Source of the DNA: Geobacter sulfurreducens PCA
Lineage (GTDB): Bacteria > Desulfobacterota > Desulfuromonadia > Geobacterales > Geobacteraceae
Direction of reading: 5' to 3'
Assembly: GCF_000007985.2 (NCBI RefSeq)
Contig: NC_002939.5
Span: forward strand, 3,000,001-3,032,000
DNA length: 32,000 nucleotides
A model generated the notes under the pieces. It did not search any database. It was not told the DNA's origin and worked only from the letters and a program-made list of their open reading frames with translations. A program made the translations under genes and the position numbers. Positions within the stretch are counted from its first letter, which is position 1; every line of letters starts with the position of its first letter. Of the stretch, positions 7,846-17,719 are shown piece by piece.

Positions 7846-10152
7846 TTACGGACGGGTCGCCCCGAGGTAGGCCTTGGCGGCCGTTGCCGTGGCGCTGTCC
7901 AGTCGAGCCGCCGTTACCTGGGCATCGATCGCAGCCGTGACGTCGTTGTTCAGTACGCCGTCAAAGATGAAGTCGATGGAATCCCAGATCAAACGCTTGC
8001 TGTAGAAGCGGTTGTGGGCATAGCCGCCCGGATCGTGGATCAGCAGGTTGGCGTTGAATGCAGCGCCCATGACATCTTGCCAGAGGGCAAGCCCGTACAC
8101 GCCAGCCCAGTTGGTGAAGGCGTTCGAGGAAACAGTCTCCCCAGGATCGGCAATGCCGTTGGCATTCGTATCTCTGTAGAAATACGGATGGGCGTTGAAG
8201 AAGAGGATTCCCTTGCCGGCCAGAGCCGCTTTGAGGGCTTCAAGGGATGCCACGTACTCTTCTTCTTCGGCGGTCAGTCCCTCGGGGGTGAGCGCAAAGG
8301 TACCGGCATGGCAGGTGACGCAGGCAGTGCTGGTAATGGCAGTGATGGCGCCCGTGCCGTCCTTGGTCACCGGCAGGAACAGGTGCGAGGTCGGGGTGGT
8401 CATGTGGCAGCCGGCGCAGGGGCCGTTGGTGCCGGTGCCGGGGGCAGCGGCGGTGCCGATCTTGTCATGCTGGAAGAAGGCCGGATTGGCGTAGCTGCGG
8501 GTTGCGTACTCATAACCGGTGGTGCCGAACAGCTGGCCGCCTGCGGTGAGATAGTGGGAGTTCACGAAGCCAAGGATACCATCCGCGTCGGTGATTGCCT
8601 TGATGTTGTCGCCAACTTCACGCCCGAGGTGACACCCCATGCACACGTTAGACCCTTTGATATCAGGATAGGAAACCGTAACGTCCAAACCGGTAGTTCC
8701 AGTGCTCGTTGAGTTGATCCCAGGATAAACCTCGGTGATGGCCCCGGGGTTGCGCAGCTCACCGGTGCCGGCCTTGGTGTGGCAGCCCCAGCAGTAGAGC
8801 AGTTCGTTCTGGTCGGACCGCTTGTTGCTGCTGGTCCAGCCGGCCAAATGAGTGAAGCTGTTGCCTGCGCCGGTCCTGTCATATCCGGCGGGGTTGTTGA
8901 GGAAGTTCGAGGCGCCGGTCGAAGTGTGGCAGCGCTGGCAGGCGCCGCGGCTGGCAGTATCGTCCCAGTTGTAGTGGGTCCAGCCGGGAGCCGTGGCGTC
9001 GGTGGCGCCGGCCTTCATGACATCGTCCACTTCAGCCGCGCCGGAGCTCGCCAGGGCCGCTGCGGCCACCTTGGCCTGGAGGAGCTTGCCACCATGGGCC
9101 GACTGTCCCCAGTCGAGGAAAATAGTGTTAGGCCGGTCCGCTCCGGCCAGCCGCCGGGTGTTGGTCTGGAACTCGTGACCGTGGCAGTCGAAGCAGGGGT
9201 TGGCGGTATTGCGCCGGATTACATACCCTTCGATCGTGGTGCCGCTGGCCGTGGTCTTGGATTCCGGGAAGTCGTAGTGGGTCGAAGGCAGGGTCCGGAA
9301 CCAACGGGTGTTGTGGTAGAAGGGGGCCGTGGTCACGCTCTTGGTGCCGGAGCCGACGGCGTTGCTGGTGAAGATCTGGAGAACGTTGCCGCTGCCGATC
9401 AGGGTGCCGGTCATGGTGTTGACGGTGTGGCAGCTGGTGCAGAGGTCGTACTGATCATTGATGCTGTTGCGGTTCGGATCCCAGGCCACCGTCCGCCGGC
9501 TATTCGGCACGCCGGCCGTCGAGATCTGGGTGAAGACCTGACGCTGAGCCCCGCCGTGCTGATGGCAGGTGGCGCACGTCATGACGTTGAAGGTCTCGGG
9601 GTCCTGGGGATACACCGGCTGGTAGGCGGCGTTTCTCAGGATGTTCCCGTCGCCGGTGAAGCCCGCCTGTGCCCCGAAAATGGCTCCTTCGTGGGAGTGA
9701 CAGCGGCTGCAGAGGTTTTCCTTGGCCTCTTCCCCGCCAAAGGGGTTGGCATGGTTGCCGTTGACGAAATTGGGCGAGCTGCTCAGGGGAGCAATCACAC
9801 CATTGTGGCAGGAGGCGCACCGGGCGGCTATCTGGGCCTCACTCTGGCCGGCCAGCGGGAACGGCAGGGGACCGACGCCATTGTGCTGGGCGCCGCCGCC
9901 GTGGCAGCCTTCGCAGCCGACACCCTTGCTGTAGTGGAATGAGCGGGTGTACTGCGTGATGATGGACTCGCCGGTCAGCGGATCCACGACAGCGCTGTGA
10001 CACTGGACGCAAGCGGTATCGCCCACGGTTGCCACGCCGCCAGGGCCGGTTCCGACCGTCCCCTCCTTGTTTTCGGAGCCGCAGCCGGCAAGCGCCGCCG
10101 CGAACAACGAAACCGCAAGCACAGCAGAATACTTTGTTACTTTTCTACTCAT
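7846..10152 (-). CDS. omcC: Outer-surface dodecaheme c-type cytochrome lipoprotein OmcC
   Basis: 768 aa. ATG at 10152 with AAGGAGG upstream. Lipobox AALAGC. 12 CXXCH motifs counted. Paralog of the 744-aa protein at 13385..15619. Size and context match my memory of G. sulfurreducens OmcC. Confidence 0.95.
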   Translation of the reverse strand: MSRKVTKYSAVLAVSLFAAALAGCGSENKEGTVGTGPGGVATVGDTACVQCHSAVVDPLTGESIITQYTRSFHYSKGVGCEGCHGGGAQHNGVGPLPFPLAGQSEAQIAARCASCHNGVIAPLSSSPNFVNGNHANPFGGEEAKENLCSRCHSHEGAIFGAQAGFTGDGNILRNAAYQPVYPQDPETFNVMTCATCHQHGGAQRQVFTQISTAGVPNSRRTVAWDPNRNSINDQYDLCTSCHTVNTMTGTLIGSGNVLQIFTSNAVGSGTKSVTTAPFYHNTRWFRTLPSTHYDFPESKTTASGTTIEGYVIRRNTANPCFDCHGHEFQTNTRRLAGADRPNTIFLDWGQSAHGGKLLQAKVAAAALASSGAAEVDDVMKAGATDATAPGWTHYNWDDTASRGACQRCHTSTGASNFLNNPAGYDRTGAGNSFTHLAGWTSSNKRSDQNELLYCWGCHTKAGTGELRNPGAITEVYPGINSTSTGTTGLDVTVSYPDIKGSNVCMGCHLGREVGDNIKAITDADGILGFVNSHYLTAGGQLFGTTGYEYATRSYANPAFFQHDKIGTAAAPGTGTNGPCAGCHMTTPTSHLFLPVTKDGTGAITAITSTACVTCHAGTFALTPEGLTAEEEEYVASLEALKAALAGKGILFFNAHPYFYRDTNANGIADPGETVSSNAFTNWAGVYGLALWQDVMGAAFNANLLIHDPGGYAHNRFYSKRLIWDSIDFIFDGVLNNDVTAAIDAQVTAARLDSATATAAKAYLGATRP

Positions 10153-10186
10153 GCCATTTCCTCCTTGTGGTGTGTGGTGCTCTCAA

Positions 10187-10882
10187 TTAGTACGTACCAG
10201 GAAGGTGACACTTCGTGCACACCCGGCTCCCGGCCCGATCCTTGTAATTGTTCTTGATGCTGTTCCAGTTCCGCGGGTGCGGACTCGTCTTACCGCTGGA
10301 GTGGCACTGGATGCACACATCCCCCTCGGGGTGACACGTCTGGCACGACTGCAGGTTGCGGCGTGCCTCGATTGCGTGCTCACCAAGCCCGAAGCTGTAC
10401 TTCTGACCGTTCGGTCCCAGCATCAGGTGAGACTTGATCCGCAGGGATCCCTTCGGGAACCGGGCGTGGCACTCGTTGCAGTACGACTGGTCGTGGCAAC
10501 GCGTGCAGGTCTGAGGGTTGTCCAGAGCCTTGGTCGGGTGGATGCTCAGGAAGTTGCTCCGGTGGCTCTTGGGTACGTAGTCCCTCATGAAGGTCCGCGT
10601 CGACAGGTCGGCTTCGATCCCGCCGCCCTGGTGACAGTCGAGGCAGAATTGCTGGACGTGGCAGTCCGCGCAGTTCTTTCCCGCTCGGCTGGCCACGACG
10701 CGGTGACCACGAACCCAGTCGGCGTCATGGTTGGGGGCGATGCCCTCACCCTTGTGGCACGCATTACATTCGCCGATGGGGGTGGTGGCGTACTCCTTGT
10801 GCGACATCTTGTCGGCCAGTGCCATCTGGACCGTGAAGGCCGACACCGTCAGGAGCAAGAGCGCGATAAACCATTTCTTCAC
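10187..10882 (-). CDS. omaC: Periplasmic octaheme c-type cytochrome OmaC
   Basis: 231 aa. GTG start at 10882 with a G-rich SD. Sec signal (…TVQMALA/DK). 8 CXXCH motifs. The protein is identical to the one encoded at 15654..16349. Confidence 0.95.
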   Translation of the reverse strand: MKKWFIALLLLTVSAFTVQMALADKMSHKEYATTPIGECNACHKGEGIAPNHDADWVRGHRVVASRAGKNCADCHVQQFCLDCHQGGGIEADLSTRTFMRDYVPKSHRSNFLSIHPTKALDNPQTCTRCHDQSYCNECHARFPKGSLRIKSHLMLGPNGQKYSFGLGEHAIEARRNLQSCQTCHPEGDVCIQCHSSGKTSPHPRNWNSIKNNYKDRAGSRVCTKCHLPGTY

Positions 10883-10897
10883 GGATTTCCCCCCTTT

Positions 10898-12109
10898 CTA
10901 GAAGTCGTAGTCAAAGACGAAACGCCCTTGAACGTCGTTGTCGTAGACCGCGTTGACGTTGTTCTCGACGCGCAGGGACGCCGACATGTTCTTCGCCAGG
11001 CGGTACTTGCCCCCTACCCAGTACAGCCGCGCGATCTCGTCGTCGGACAGTACGTCCCGCTGGTAGGTGTCGTAGGCGATGCCGCCGGACAGTTGCAGGC
11101 TCTTGGTCACGTCATAGTACGCATCGGCAATGAAGCCGTGGGTCTTGCCGTTGTAGCCCTGGTTGTTGTCGTACTCGAAGTTGAGTTGCAGCGGCTCCAC
11201 CGGACGGACGCTCAGACCCGCCTGGTAGATGTTGCCGTTGGCGCCGCCTTCGAACCACTGGCGGGTGTAGCCCCCGTGTACCGCGATCTGCTCGGTGATC
11301 GTGTAGTCGGCACGGAACACTGCTTCCTGGTACCGATCGACCGCGAACACGGAGTAGATCGAGGTGGCGTCGAATACCGGGTAGCTCTGGTACCATTCTC
11401 CCGTCAGAACCAGGTTCGAGGTGGGATAGTACTTGGCTCCGGCCAGCACCTCGCTGAAGGTCTCCGATACCACGTCGTACCGCGTGTTGCCGTAGACCCG
11501 CAGGTTGTTGAACAGGTACTGCTTGACGCTCGCTCCCAAGGTGTCGCGGGCGATGTTCCAGTCGTCCCACTTGCGGAACCAGCTCACCTCCAGGTCCGTT
11601 GATTTGAACCCGTTCAGGTAGGCCGCTACACCCAGCGCGAGGTCGCCGCCGTGACCGTTTTCCTCGTCCAGCGAGAAAATCACGTTCCGGCCCCCGAATA
11701 CCGTCAGCCCTATCGGGCCGGCGTTGTTCAGGTCTACCTGACCGCCGTCGATGATCGCCGTGCCTGCCGCTAGGTTGACGAACTGACGGCCAAGGCGGAT
11801 GTCCAGTTTGTCGAACAGTCCCCGGTACTCGCCGTACAGGTAGTAGAGCCTGCCGTTGAACCCTTCTCCGTTGTTCAGGTCCTGCGTCATCCGCCCGTAA
11901 CCGAACAAAGAGGCCTTGCCAGCCTTGTCCAGGTTCGTGACCGACATCCGCAGGTACTCACCCAGCTCTATCTGTCTCTGATCGTTGAAGTAGTTGTTGA
12001 ACCAGAGCAGCTGGGTCGAGCTCCTGCCATGGATCTCTGCGGACCAGGCCGTGGACGCGGTCAGCACGGAACCGAGCAGGAGCAGTCGAGTGAACCCTTT
12101 GATTCCCAT
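10898..12109 (-). CDS. ombC: Porin-like outer-membrane protein OmbC
   Basis: 403 aa. ATG with AAGGAGG upstream. Signal peptide (…STAWSA/E). No Cys, Tyr/Gly/Asn-rich, C-terminal ...FVFDYDF (terminal Phe typical of OMPs). The protein is identical to the one encoded at 16365..17576. Confidence 0.9.
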   Translation of the reverse strand: MGIKGFTRLLLLGSVLTASTAWSAEIHGRSSTQLLWFNNYFNDQRQIELGEYLRMSVTNLDKAGKASLFGYGRMTQDLNNGEGFNGRLYYLYGEYRGLFDKLDIRLGRQFVNLAAGTAIIDGGQVDLNNAGPIGLTVFGGRNVIFSLDEENGHGGDLALGVAAYLNGFKSTDLEVSWFRKWDDWNIARDTLGASVKQYLFNNLRVYGNTRYDVVSETFSEVLAGAKYYPTSNLVLTGEWYQSYPVFDATSIYSVFAVDRYQEAVFRADYTITEQIAVHGGYTRQWFEGGANGNIYQAGLSVRPVEPLQLNFEYDNNQGYNGKTHGFIADAYYDVTKSLQLSGGIAYDTYQRDVLSDDEIARLYWVGGKYRLAKNMSASLRVENNVNAVYDNDVQGRFVFDYDF

Positions 12110-12252
12110 TAAGTGGACCTCCTTTCTTCATTCTATCTGCAACTCGAAGCTTGTTCCGGCAGGATCACGGCGGCTGCTGACATCACCTCCTTCGGCCGTC
12201 TCCCGTCCCTATCACAACCGTTGATCACTTTTGGCGCGTCTGATCAGCGCGG

Positions 12253-12906
12253 TTACGATGCCCTGGCATAGTCCGTACGGCCGATACCGCCCGTGCCGTG
12301 GACAAACATCCGGACGAATTCCCGCACGGCCTTCTCTCGGTCCGTGGGACGGTACTGCTTGCGCAGCAGTACCTCTTCGATATTGAAAAAACAGTAGAAC
12401 ATGGCGTGAAACACCCGCGCACCAAGCTCGGGGTCGAAACTGCCGATGCTGCCCCGCTGCTGCAGCTCACGGAAATAGGACGCGATCACTTCGAACAGCT
12501 CGTCCAAAAACGTGTGGTACACCCCCAGCAGCTTCTCAGGCGAGCGCTGGACCTCCGCGTGCATGATCCGAAGCCAGTCCTTCAGCTGGATCAGCGTGTC
12601 CAAAAGGATGTTCGCCATGGCCGCCAGCGCATCCTCGTAGGGCATGGCGAGCGCCCGGGGCACGAAGGCGCGCAGCGACGGCAAAATGGAATAACGGGTG
12701 ATCGCTTCTTCGAGAAGTTTTTCTTTGGAGGGAAAATGGCGGAAGAGCGTCACCTCCGCGATGCCCGCCTGTCGGGCGATCTCGCGGGTCGTGGCTCCCA
12801 GGTACCCCTTGGTCGAGAACAGACCGAGGGCCGTTTCGAGGATCCGCTCATGGGTCACGGTAAACGGATCGAACGGGCCTTCACCTTTGACAACCGAGCA
12901 CGACAA
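12253..12906 (-). CDS. orfS: TetR-family transcriptional regulator OrfS
   Basis: TetR N-terminal HTH (ILETALGLFSTKGYLGATTREIARQAGIAEVTLFRHFPSKE). The start is taken at the TTG at 12906, with AAGGAGG 5 nt upstream. The ORF-track start at 12951 is also TTG but has no SD. Identical to OrfR from residue E20 onward. Confidence 0.8.
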   Translation of the reverse strand: MSCSVVKGEGPFDPFTVTHERILETALGLFSTKGYLGATTREIARQAGIAEVTLFRHFPSKEKLLEEAITRYSILPSLRAFVPRALAMPYEDALAAMANILLDTLIQLKDWLRIMHAEVQRSPEKLLGVYHTFLDELFEVIASYFRELQQRGSIGSFDPELGARVFHAMFYCFFNIEEVLLRKQYRPTDREKAVREFVRMFVHGTGGIGRTDYARAS

Positions 12907-13090
12907 GGCAACCTCCTTGTCCGTCGTCCCATCAGTGGGACCTGCGCACAACCTTCACTCATGGAAGATCGTGTCTACGTAATGCACTAAACACTCGGAA
13001 GAGGGGGAAGCTAGCCAGGCTCCTGCGACTGAAAGCCGGAACGGGCGGTGAAGACAGCCAGTCGGAGCAACTCATGAGCTAATGGGAATG

Positions 13091-13118
13091 AGTTTAAAGC
13101 GGGTTGCCATTTTGTCAA
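13091..13118 (-). promoter_or_regulatory. Candidate sigma-70 promoter for orfS-ombC-omaC-omcC (TTGACA-N16-TAAACT)
   Basis: Read on the minus strand in the AT-rich unique spacer, about 185 nt upstream of the orfS start. Pattern match only. Confidence 0.3.
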
Positions 13119-13298
13119 ATTTTCGAGGTAAATTAGTCTAAAAAAACTGCATGAGAATGGAACAATGAGAGGAAAAGTCGACGATCACGCTCAGGCGGAC
13201 AGTTCCCTATCCAATACGTTCGCCTGATAGATCGAGGCGGAAAGCATGATCTGCTTGCGGTATACGTATGCAATCAATAAGTGCACACAGTGTGACAG

Positions 13299-13342
13299 AC
13301 AAAAAGAGCAAAGCCGGCCCCCCCAAAGGGAGACCGGCTTTG
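13299..13342 (-). terminator. Rho-independent terminator downstream of omcB
   Basis: Minus strand reads CAAAGCCGG-(loop)-CCGGCTTTG followed by CTCTTTTTG. It starts 43 nt after the omcB stop. Confidence 0.6.
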
Positions 13343-13384
13343 CGGTTGTGCATCAAATGATGCGCCGGAACGTCGCGTCCGCTA

Positions 13385-15619
13385 TTACGGACGGGTCGTG
13401 CCGAGGTAGGCCTTGGCGGCCGTTGCCGTGGCGCTGTCCAGTCGAGTCGCCGTTACCTGGGCATCGATCGCGGCAGTGACGTCGTTGTTCAGCACGCCGT
13501 CATAGATGAAGTCGATGGAATCCCAGATCAGCCGCTTGACATAGAAGCGGTTGTGGGCATAGCCGCCCGGATCGTGGATCAGCAGGTTGGCGTTGAACGC
13601 TGCACCCATGACGTCTTTCCAGAGGGCAAGTCCGTACACACCGGCCCAGTTGGTGAAGGCGTTAGAGGAAACAAGCTCCCCAGGATCGCCAATACCGTTG
13701 GCATTCGTATCTCTGTAGAAATACGGATGGGCGTTGAAGAAGAGTATCCCCTTACCTGCCAGGGCAGCTTTGAGGGCTTCAAGGGATGCCACATACTCCT
13801 CTTCCTCGGCGGTCAGAGCCTCGGGGGTAAGGGCGTAAGCGCCGGCATGGCAGGTGGCGCAGGCAGTGCTGGTAATGGCGGTAACGGCACCCGTGCCGTC
13901 CTTGGTCACCGGCAGGAAGGAGTGAGAGTTCGGGGTGGTCATGTGGCAGCCGGCGCAGGGGCCGTTGGTGCCGGTGCCGGGGGCAGCGGCGGTGCCGATC
14001 TTGTCGTGGGCGAAGAAGGTCGGCTTGGCATAGCTGCGGGTTGCGTACTCATAGCCGGTTTTGCCGAACAGCTGGCCGCCGGCGGCGAGGTAGTGGGAGT
14101 TCACGAAACCAAGGATACCATCCGCATCGGTGATGGCCTTGATGTTTTCGCCGGCTTCGCGACCGAGGTGGCAGGTCATGCAGACGTTGGAACCGGCGAT
14201 ATCCGGATAGGATATGGTCACAGCTGTGCCAGTAGTTCCAGTGCTCGTGGAGTTAACACCTGCGTAATTTTCGGTGATGGCGCCCGGGTTGCGCAGCTCA
14301 CCGGTGCCGGCGTTGGTGTGGCAGCCCCAGCAGTAGAGCAGTTCGTTCTGCTTGGAACCGTTGGCGGCAGACCAACCCTGCAGGTGCGAGAAGCTGTTGC
14401 CTGCGCCCGTCGGATCATACCCGGCGGGGTTGCTCATGAAATTAGCGGCGCCGGTGGCGGTGTGGCAGCGCTGGCAGGAACCGCGGCTGCTCGCATCCCA
14501 GTTGTAGTGGGTCCAGGCGATGGCGGTGGTGTCGTCCACATAGGCGTTCATGGCCGCGTTGACGGCAGCGGCACCGGTCAGGGCGCCAACGGCATTGTAC
14601 TTGGCGGTCAGCAGGCCACCGGCGTGGGCAGACTTGGCCCAGTCAGTGTGGATCGTAGCATCGCGACCCGGACGGGTGTTGGTCTTCGCCTCGTGACCGT
14701 GACAGTCGAAGCAGGGGTTGGCGCCGGTACGGCGAAGAACGTAACCTTCAACCTTGGCGTTGGTGCCACTTGCACCAGCACCGGCCTGGGGACCGGTCGA
14801 ATAGTTGTCGAAGTGGGTCGTGGCGATGATCCGGTACCAGGTGGTCTCATGGTGACCCACCGTGCCGGTGGCGACGCCGTTGACGGGCACGCCGTTGGTG
14901 AGCAGGGTCGAGCCATTGTAGCTGTACATGTTGTGGCAGCTGGTGCAGAGGTCGAACTGGTCAACCGTACGGTTGTTGTTCGGGTCCCAGTTTACGACAG
15001 GACCGGCAGCGCCGTTGGTGGCCTTGATGGTGCGCAGTCCGCCGCCGTGCTCGTGGCAGGTGGCGCAGGAAATCTGCGAGTAGGAGCTGACGAGGGGAAC
15101 CTTGTTCTGGTTGACCGTGTCTTCCAGGGTTGCCAAGTCGCCGGTGTAGCCGGCGATATTGGAGAGAACGGCGCCCTCGTGGGTGTGGCAGCGACGGCAG
15201 GTGGCGCCACTGCGGATAGTCTGGATGTTATGCCGCGACTCGGCGAATGCGGTGTCCGAGTTGGTTGCCACGGCAGTGGTACCGTCGTGGCAGTCGGCAC
15301 AACGGCTGGCGTCGGGCTGAGCGAACGGGATGGGGCCCACGCCGTTGTGCTGCGCGCCGCCGCCGTGGCAGCTTTCGCAGCCCAGGCCTGCTGTGTTGTG
15401 GGGTGAGCTCTTCTGATATTGAGCAATGAGGCTCTCGCCGGTCAGAGCTTCGGTTACGGCACTGTGACACTGGACGCAGGCGCTATCGCCCACGGTTGCC
15501 ACGCCGCCAGGGCCGGTTCCGACCGTCCCCTCCTTGTTTTCGGAGCCGCAGCCGGCAAGCGCCGCCGCGAACAACGAAACCGCAAGCACAGCAGAATACT
15601 TTGTTACTTTTCTACTCAT
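13385..15619 (-). CDS. omcB: Outer-surface dodecaheme c-type cytochrome lipoprotein OmcB
   Basis: 744 aa. ATG at 15619 with AAGGAGG upstream. Lipobox AALAGC. 12 CXXCH motifs counted. Size and context match my memory of G. sulfurreducens OmcB. Confidence 0.95.
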   Translation of the reverse strand: MSRKVTKYSAVLAVSLFAAALAGCGSENKEGTVGTGPGGVATVGDSACVQCHSAVTEALTGESLIAQYQKSSPHNTAGLGCESCHGGGAQHNGVGPIPFAQPDASRCADCHDGTTAVATNSDTAFAESRHNIQTIRSGATCRRCHTHEGAVLSNIAGYTGDLATLEDTVNQNKVPLVSSYSQISCATCHEHGGGLRTIKATNGAAGPVVNWDPNNNRTVDQFDLCTSCHNMYSYNGSTLLTNGVPVNGVATGTVGHHETTWYRIIATTHFDNYSTGPQAGAGASGTNAKVEGYVLRRTGANPCFDCHGHEAKTNTRPGRDATIHTDWAKSAHAGGLLTAKYNAVGALTGAAAVNAAMNAYVDDTTAIAWTHYNWDASSRGSCQRCHTATGAANFMSNPAGYDPTGAGNSFSHLQGWSAANGSKQNELLYCWGCHTNAGTGELRNPGAITENYAGVNSTSTGTTGTAVTISYPDIAGSNVCMTCHLGREAGENIKAITDADGILGFVNSHYLAAGGQLFGKTGYEYATRSYAKPTFFAHDKIGTAAAPGTGTNGPCAGCHMTTPNSHSFLPVTKDGTGAVTAITSTACATCHAGAYALTPEALTAEEEEYVASLEALKAALAGKGILFFNAHPYFYRDTNANGIGDPGELVSSNAFTNWAGVYGLALWKDVMGAAFNANLLIHDPGGYAHNRFYVKRLIWDSIDFIYDGVLNNDVTAAIDAQVTATRLDSATATAAKAYLGTTRP

Positions 15620-15653
15620 GCCATTTCCTCCTTGTGGTGTGTGGTGCTCTCAA

Positions 15654-16349
15654 TTAGTACGTACCAGGAAGGTGACACTTCGTGCACACCCGGCTCCCGG
15701 CCCGATCCTTGTAATTGTTCTTGATGCTGTTCCAGTTCCGCGGGTGCGGACTCGTCTTACCGCTGGAGTGGCACTGGATGCACACATCCCCCTCGGGGTG
15801 ACACGTCTGGCACGACTGCAGGTTGCGGCGTGCCTCGATTGCGTGCTCACCAAGCCCGAAGCTGTACTTCTGACCGTTCGGTCCCAGCATCAGGTGAGAC
15901 TTGATCCGCAGGGATCCCTTCGGGAACCGGGCGTGGCACTCGTTGCAGTACGACTGGTCGTGGCAACGCGTGCAGGTCTGAGGGTTGTCCAGAGCCTTGG
16001 TCGGGTGGATGCTCAGGAAGTTGCTCCGGTGGCTCTTGGGTACGTAGTCCCTCATGAAGGTCCGCGTCGACAGGTCGGCTTCGATCCCGCCGCCCTGGTG
16101 ACAGTCGAGGCAGAATTGCTGGACGTGGCAGTCCGCGCAGTTCTTTCCCGCTCGGCTGGCCACGACGCGGTGACCACGAACCCAGTCGGCGTCATGGTTG
16201 GGGGCGATGCCCTCACCCTTGTGGCACGCATTACATTCGCCGATGGGGGTGGTGGCGTACTCCTTGTGCGACATCTTGTCGGCCAGTGCCATCTGGACCG
16301 TGAAGGCCGACACCGTCAGGAGCAAGAGCGCGATAAACCATTTCTTCAC
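15654..16349 (-). CDS. omaB: Periplasmic octaheme c-type cytochrome OmaB
   Basis: 231 aa, 8 CXXCH motifs, protein identical to OmaC. Confidence 0.95.
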   Translation of the reverse strand: MKKWFIALLLLTVSAFTVQMALADKMSHKEYATTPIGECNACHKGEGIAPNHDADWVRGHRVVASRAGKNCADCHVQQFCLDCHQGGGIEADLSTRTFMRDYVPKSHRSNFLSIHPTKALDNPQTCTRCHDQSYCNECHARFPKGSLRIKSHLMLGPNGQKYSFGLGEHAIEARRNLQSCQTCHPEGDVCIQCHSSGKTSPHPRNWNSIKNNYKDRAGSRVCTKCHLPGTY

Positions 16350-16364
16350 GGATTTCCCCCCTTT

Positions 16365-17576
16365 CTAGAAGTCGTAGTCAAAGACGAAACGCCCTTGAAC
16401 GTCGTTGTCGTAGACTGCGTTGACGTTGTTCTCGACGCGCAGGGACGCCGACATGTTCTTCGCCAGGCGGTACTTGCCCCCTACCCAGTACAGCCGCGCG
16501 ATCTCGTCGTCGGACAGTACGTCCCGCTGGTAGGTGTCGTAGGCGATGCCGCCGGACAGTTGCAGGCTCTTGGTCACGTCATAGTACGCATCGGCAATGA
16601 AGCCGTGGGTCTTGCCGTTGTAGCCCTGGTTGTTGTCGTACTCGAAGTTGAGTTGCAGCGGCTCCACCGGACGGACGCTCAGACCCGCCTGGTAGATGTT
16701 GCCGTTGGCGCCGCCTTCGAACCACTGGCGGGTGTAGCCCCCGTGTACCGCGATCTGCTCGGTGATCGTGTAGTCGGCACGGAACACTGCTTCCTGGTAC
16801 CGATCGACCGCGAACACGGAGTAGATCGAGGTGGCGTCGAATACCGGGTAGCTCTGGTACCATTCTCCCGTCAGAACCAGGTTCGAGGTGGGATAGTACT
16901 TGGCTCCGGCCAGCACCTCGCTGAAGGTCTCCGATACCACGTCGTACCGCGTGTTGCCGTAGACCCGCAGGTTGTTGAACAGGTACTGCTTGACGCTCGC
17001 TCCCAAGGTGTCGCGGGCGATGTTCCAGTCGTCCCACTTGCGGAACCAGCTCACCTCCAGGTCCGTTGATTTGAACCCGTTCAGGTAGGCCGCTACACCC
17101 AGCGCGAGGTCGCCGCCGTGACCGTTTTCCTCGTCCAGCGAGAAAATCACGTTCCGGCCCCCGAATACCGTCAGCCCTATCGGGCCGGCGTTGTTCAGGT
17201 CTACCTGACCGCCGTCGATGATCGCCGTGCCTGCCGCTAGGTTGACGAACTGACGGCCAAGGCGGATGTCCAGTTTGTCGAACAGTCCCCGGTACTCGCC
17301 GTACAGGTAGTAGAGCCTGCCGTTGAACCCTTCTCCGTTGTTCAGGTCCTGCGTCATCCGCCCGTAACCGAACAAAGAGGCCTTGCCAGCCTTGTCCAGG
17401 TTCGTGACCGACATCCGCAGGTACTCACCCAGCTCTATCTGTCTCTGATCGTTGAAGTAGTTGTTGAACCAGAGCAGCTGGGTCGAGCTCCTGCCATGGA
17501 TCTCTGCGGACCAGGCCGTGGACGCGGTCAGCACGGAACCGAGCAGGAGCAGTCGAGTGAACCCTTTGATTCCCAT
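16365..17576 (-). CDS. ombB: Porin-like outer-membrane protein OmbB
   Basis: 403 aa, protein identical to OmbC. One synonymous difference (GCA versus GCG Ala) at 16416. Confidence 0.9.
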   Translation of the reverse strand: MGIKGFTRLLLLGSVLTASTAWSAEIHGRSSTQLLWFNNYFNDQRQIELGEYLRMSVTNLDKAGKASLFGYGRMTQDLNNGEGFNGRLYYLYGEYRGLFDKLDIRLGRQFVNLAAGTAIIDGGQVDLNNAGPIGLTVFGGRNVIFSLDEENGHGGDLALGVAAYLNGFKSTDLEVSWFRKWDDWNIARDTLGASVKQYLFNNLRVYGNTRYDVVSETFSEVLAGAKYYPTSNLVLTGEWYQSYPVFDATSIYSVFAVDRYQEAVFRADYTITEQIAVHGGYTRQWFEGGANGNIYQAGLSVRPVEPLQLNFEYDNNQGYNGKTHGFIADAYYDVTKSLQLSGGIAYDTYQRDVLSDDEIARLYWVGGKYRLAKNMSASLRVENNVNAVYDNDVQGRFVFDYDF

Positions 17577-17719
17577 TAAGTGGACCTCCTTTCTTCATTC
17601 TATCTGCAACTCGAAGCTTGTTCCGGCAGGATCACGGCGGCTGCTGACATCACCTCCTTCGGCCGTCTCCCGTCCCTATCACAACCGTTGATCACTTTTG
17701 GCGCGTCTGATCAGCGCGG

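Larger units (their letters stand above)
7762..12849. repeat. Copy 1 of the tandem segmental duplication (terminator-omcC-omaC-ombC-orfS)
   Basis: Colinear with 13299..18316. The offset is 5,467 bp over the porin, octaheme and TetR genes and 5,538-5,539 bp at the omc 3' ends. Confidence 0.9.
10018..12849. repeat. Near-identical core of the duplication, copy 1 (2,832 bp, one mismatch to 15485..18316)
   Basis: Compared line by line and through identical multi-frame translations. The only difference found is C at 10949 versus T at 16416. Confidence 0.9.

Noticed and set aside
12225-12470. Duplicated 81-aa minus-strand ORFs (12225-12470 and 17692-17937) and 76-aa plus-strand ORFs (11994-12224 and 17461-17691) near the TetR/porin junctions.
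   Set aside because: They overlap the TetR or porin genes out of frame and have no SD. Their duplication is simply a consequence of lying in the identical tract.
8779-17069. Very long plus-strand ORFs antisense to the cytochrome and porin genes (for example 8779-9942, 10067-11602, 13553-15406, 15534-17069; likewise 1263-2255 and 3699-4712).
   Set aside because: Their translations are Val/Gly/Ala/Arg/Asp-rich with no motif, signal or SD. The opposite strand carries unmistakable CXXCH cytochromes and signal peptides. Long antisense open frames are expected in high-GC DNA.
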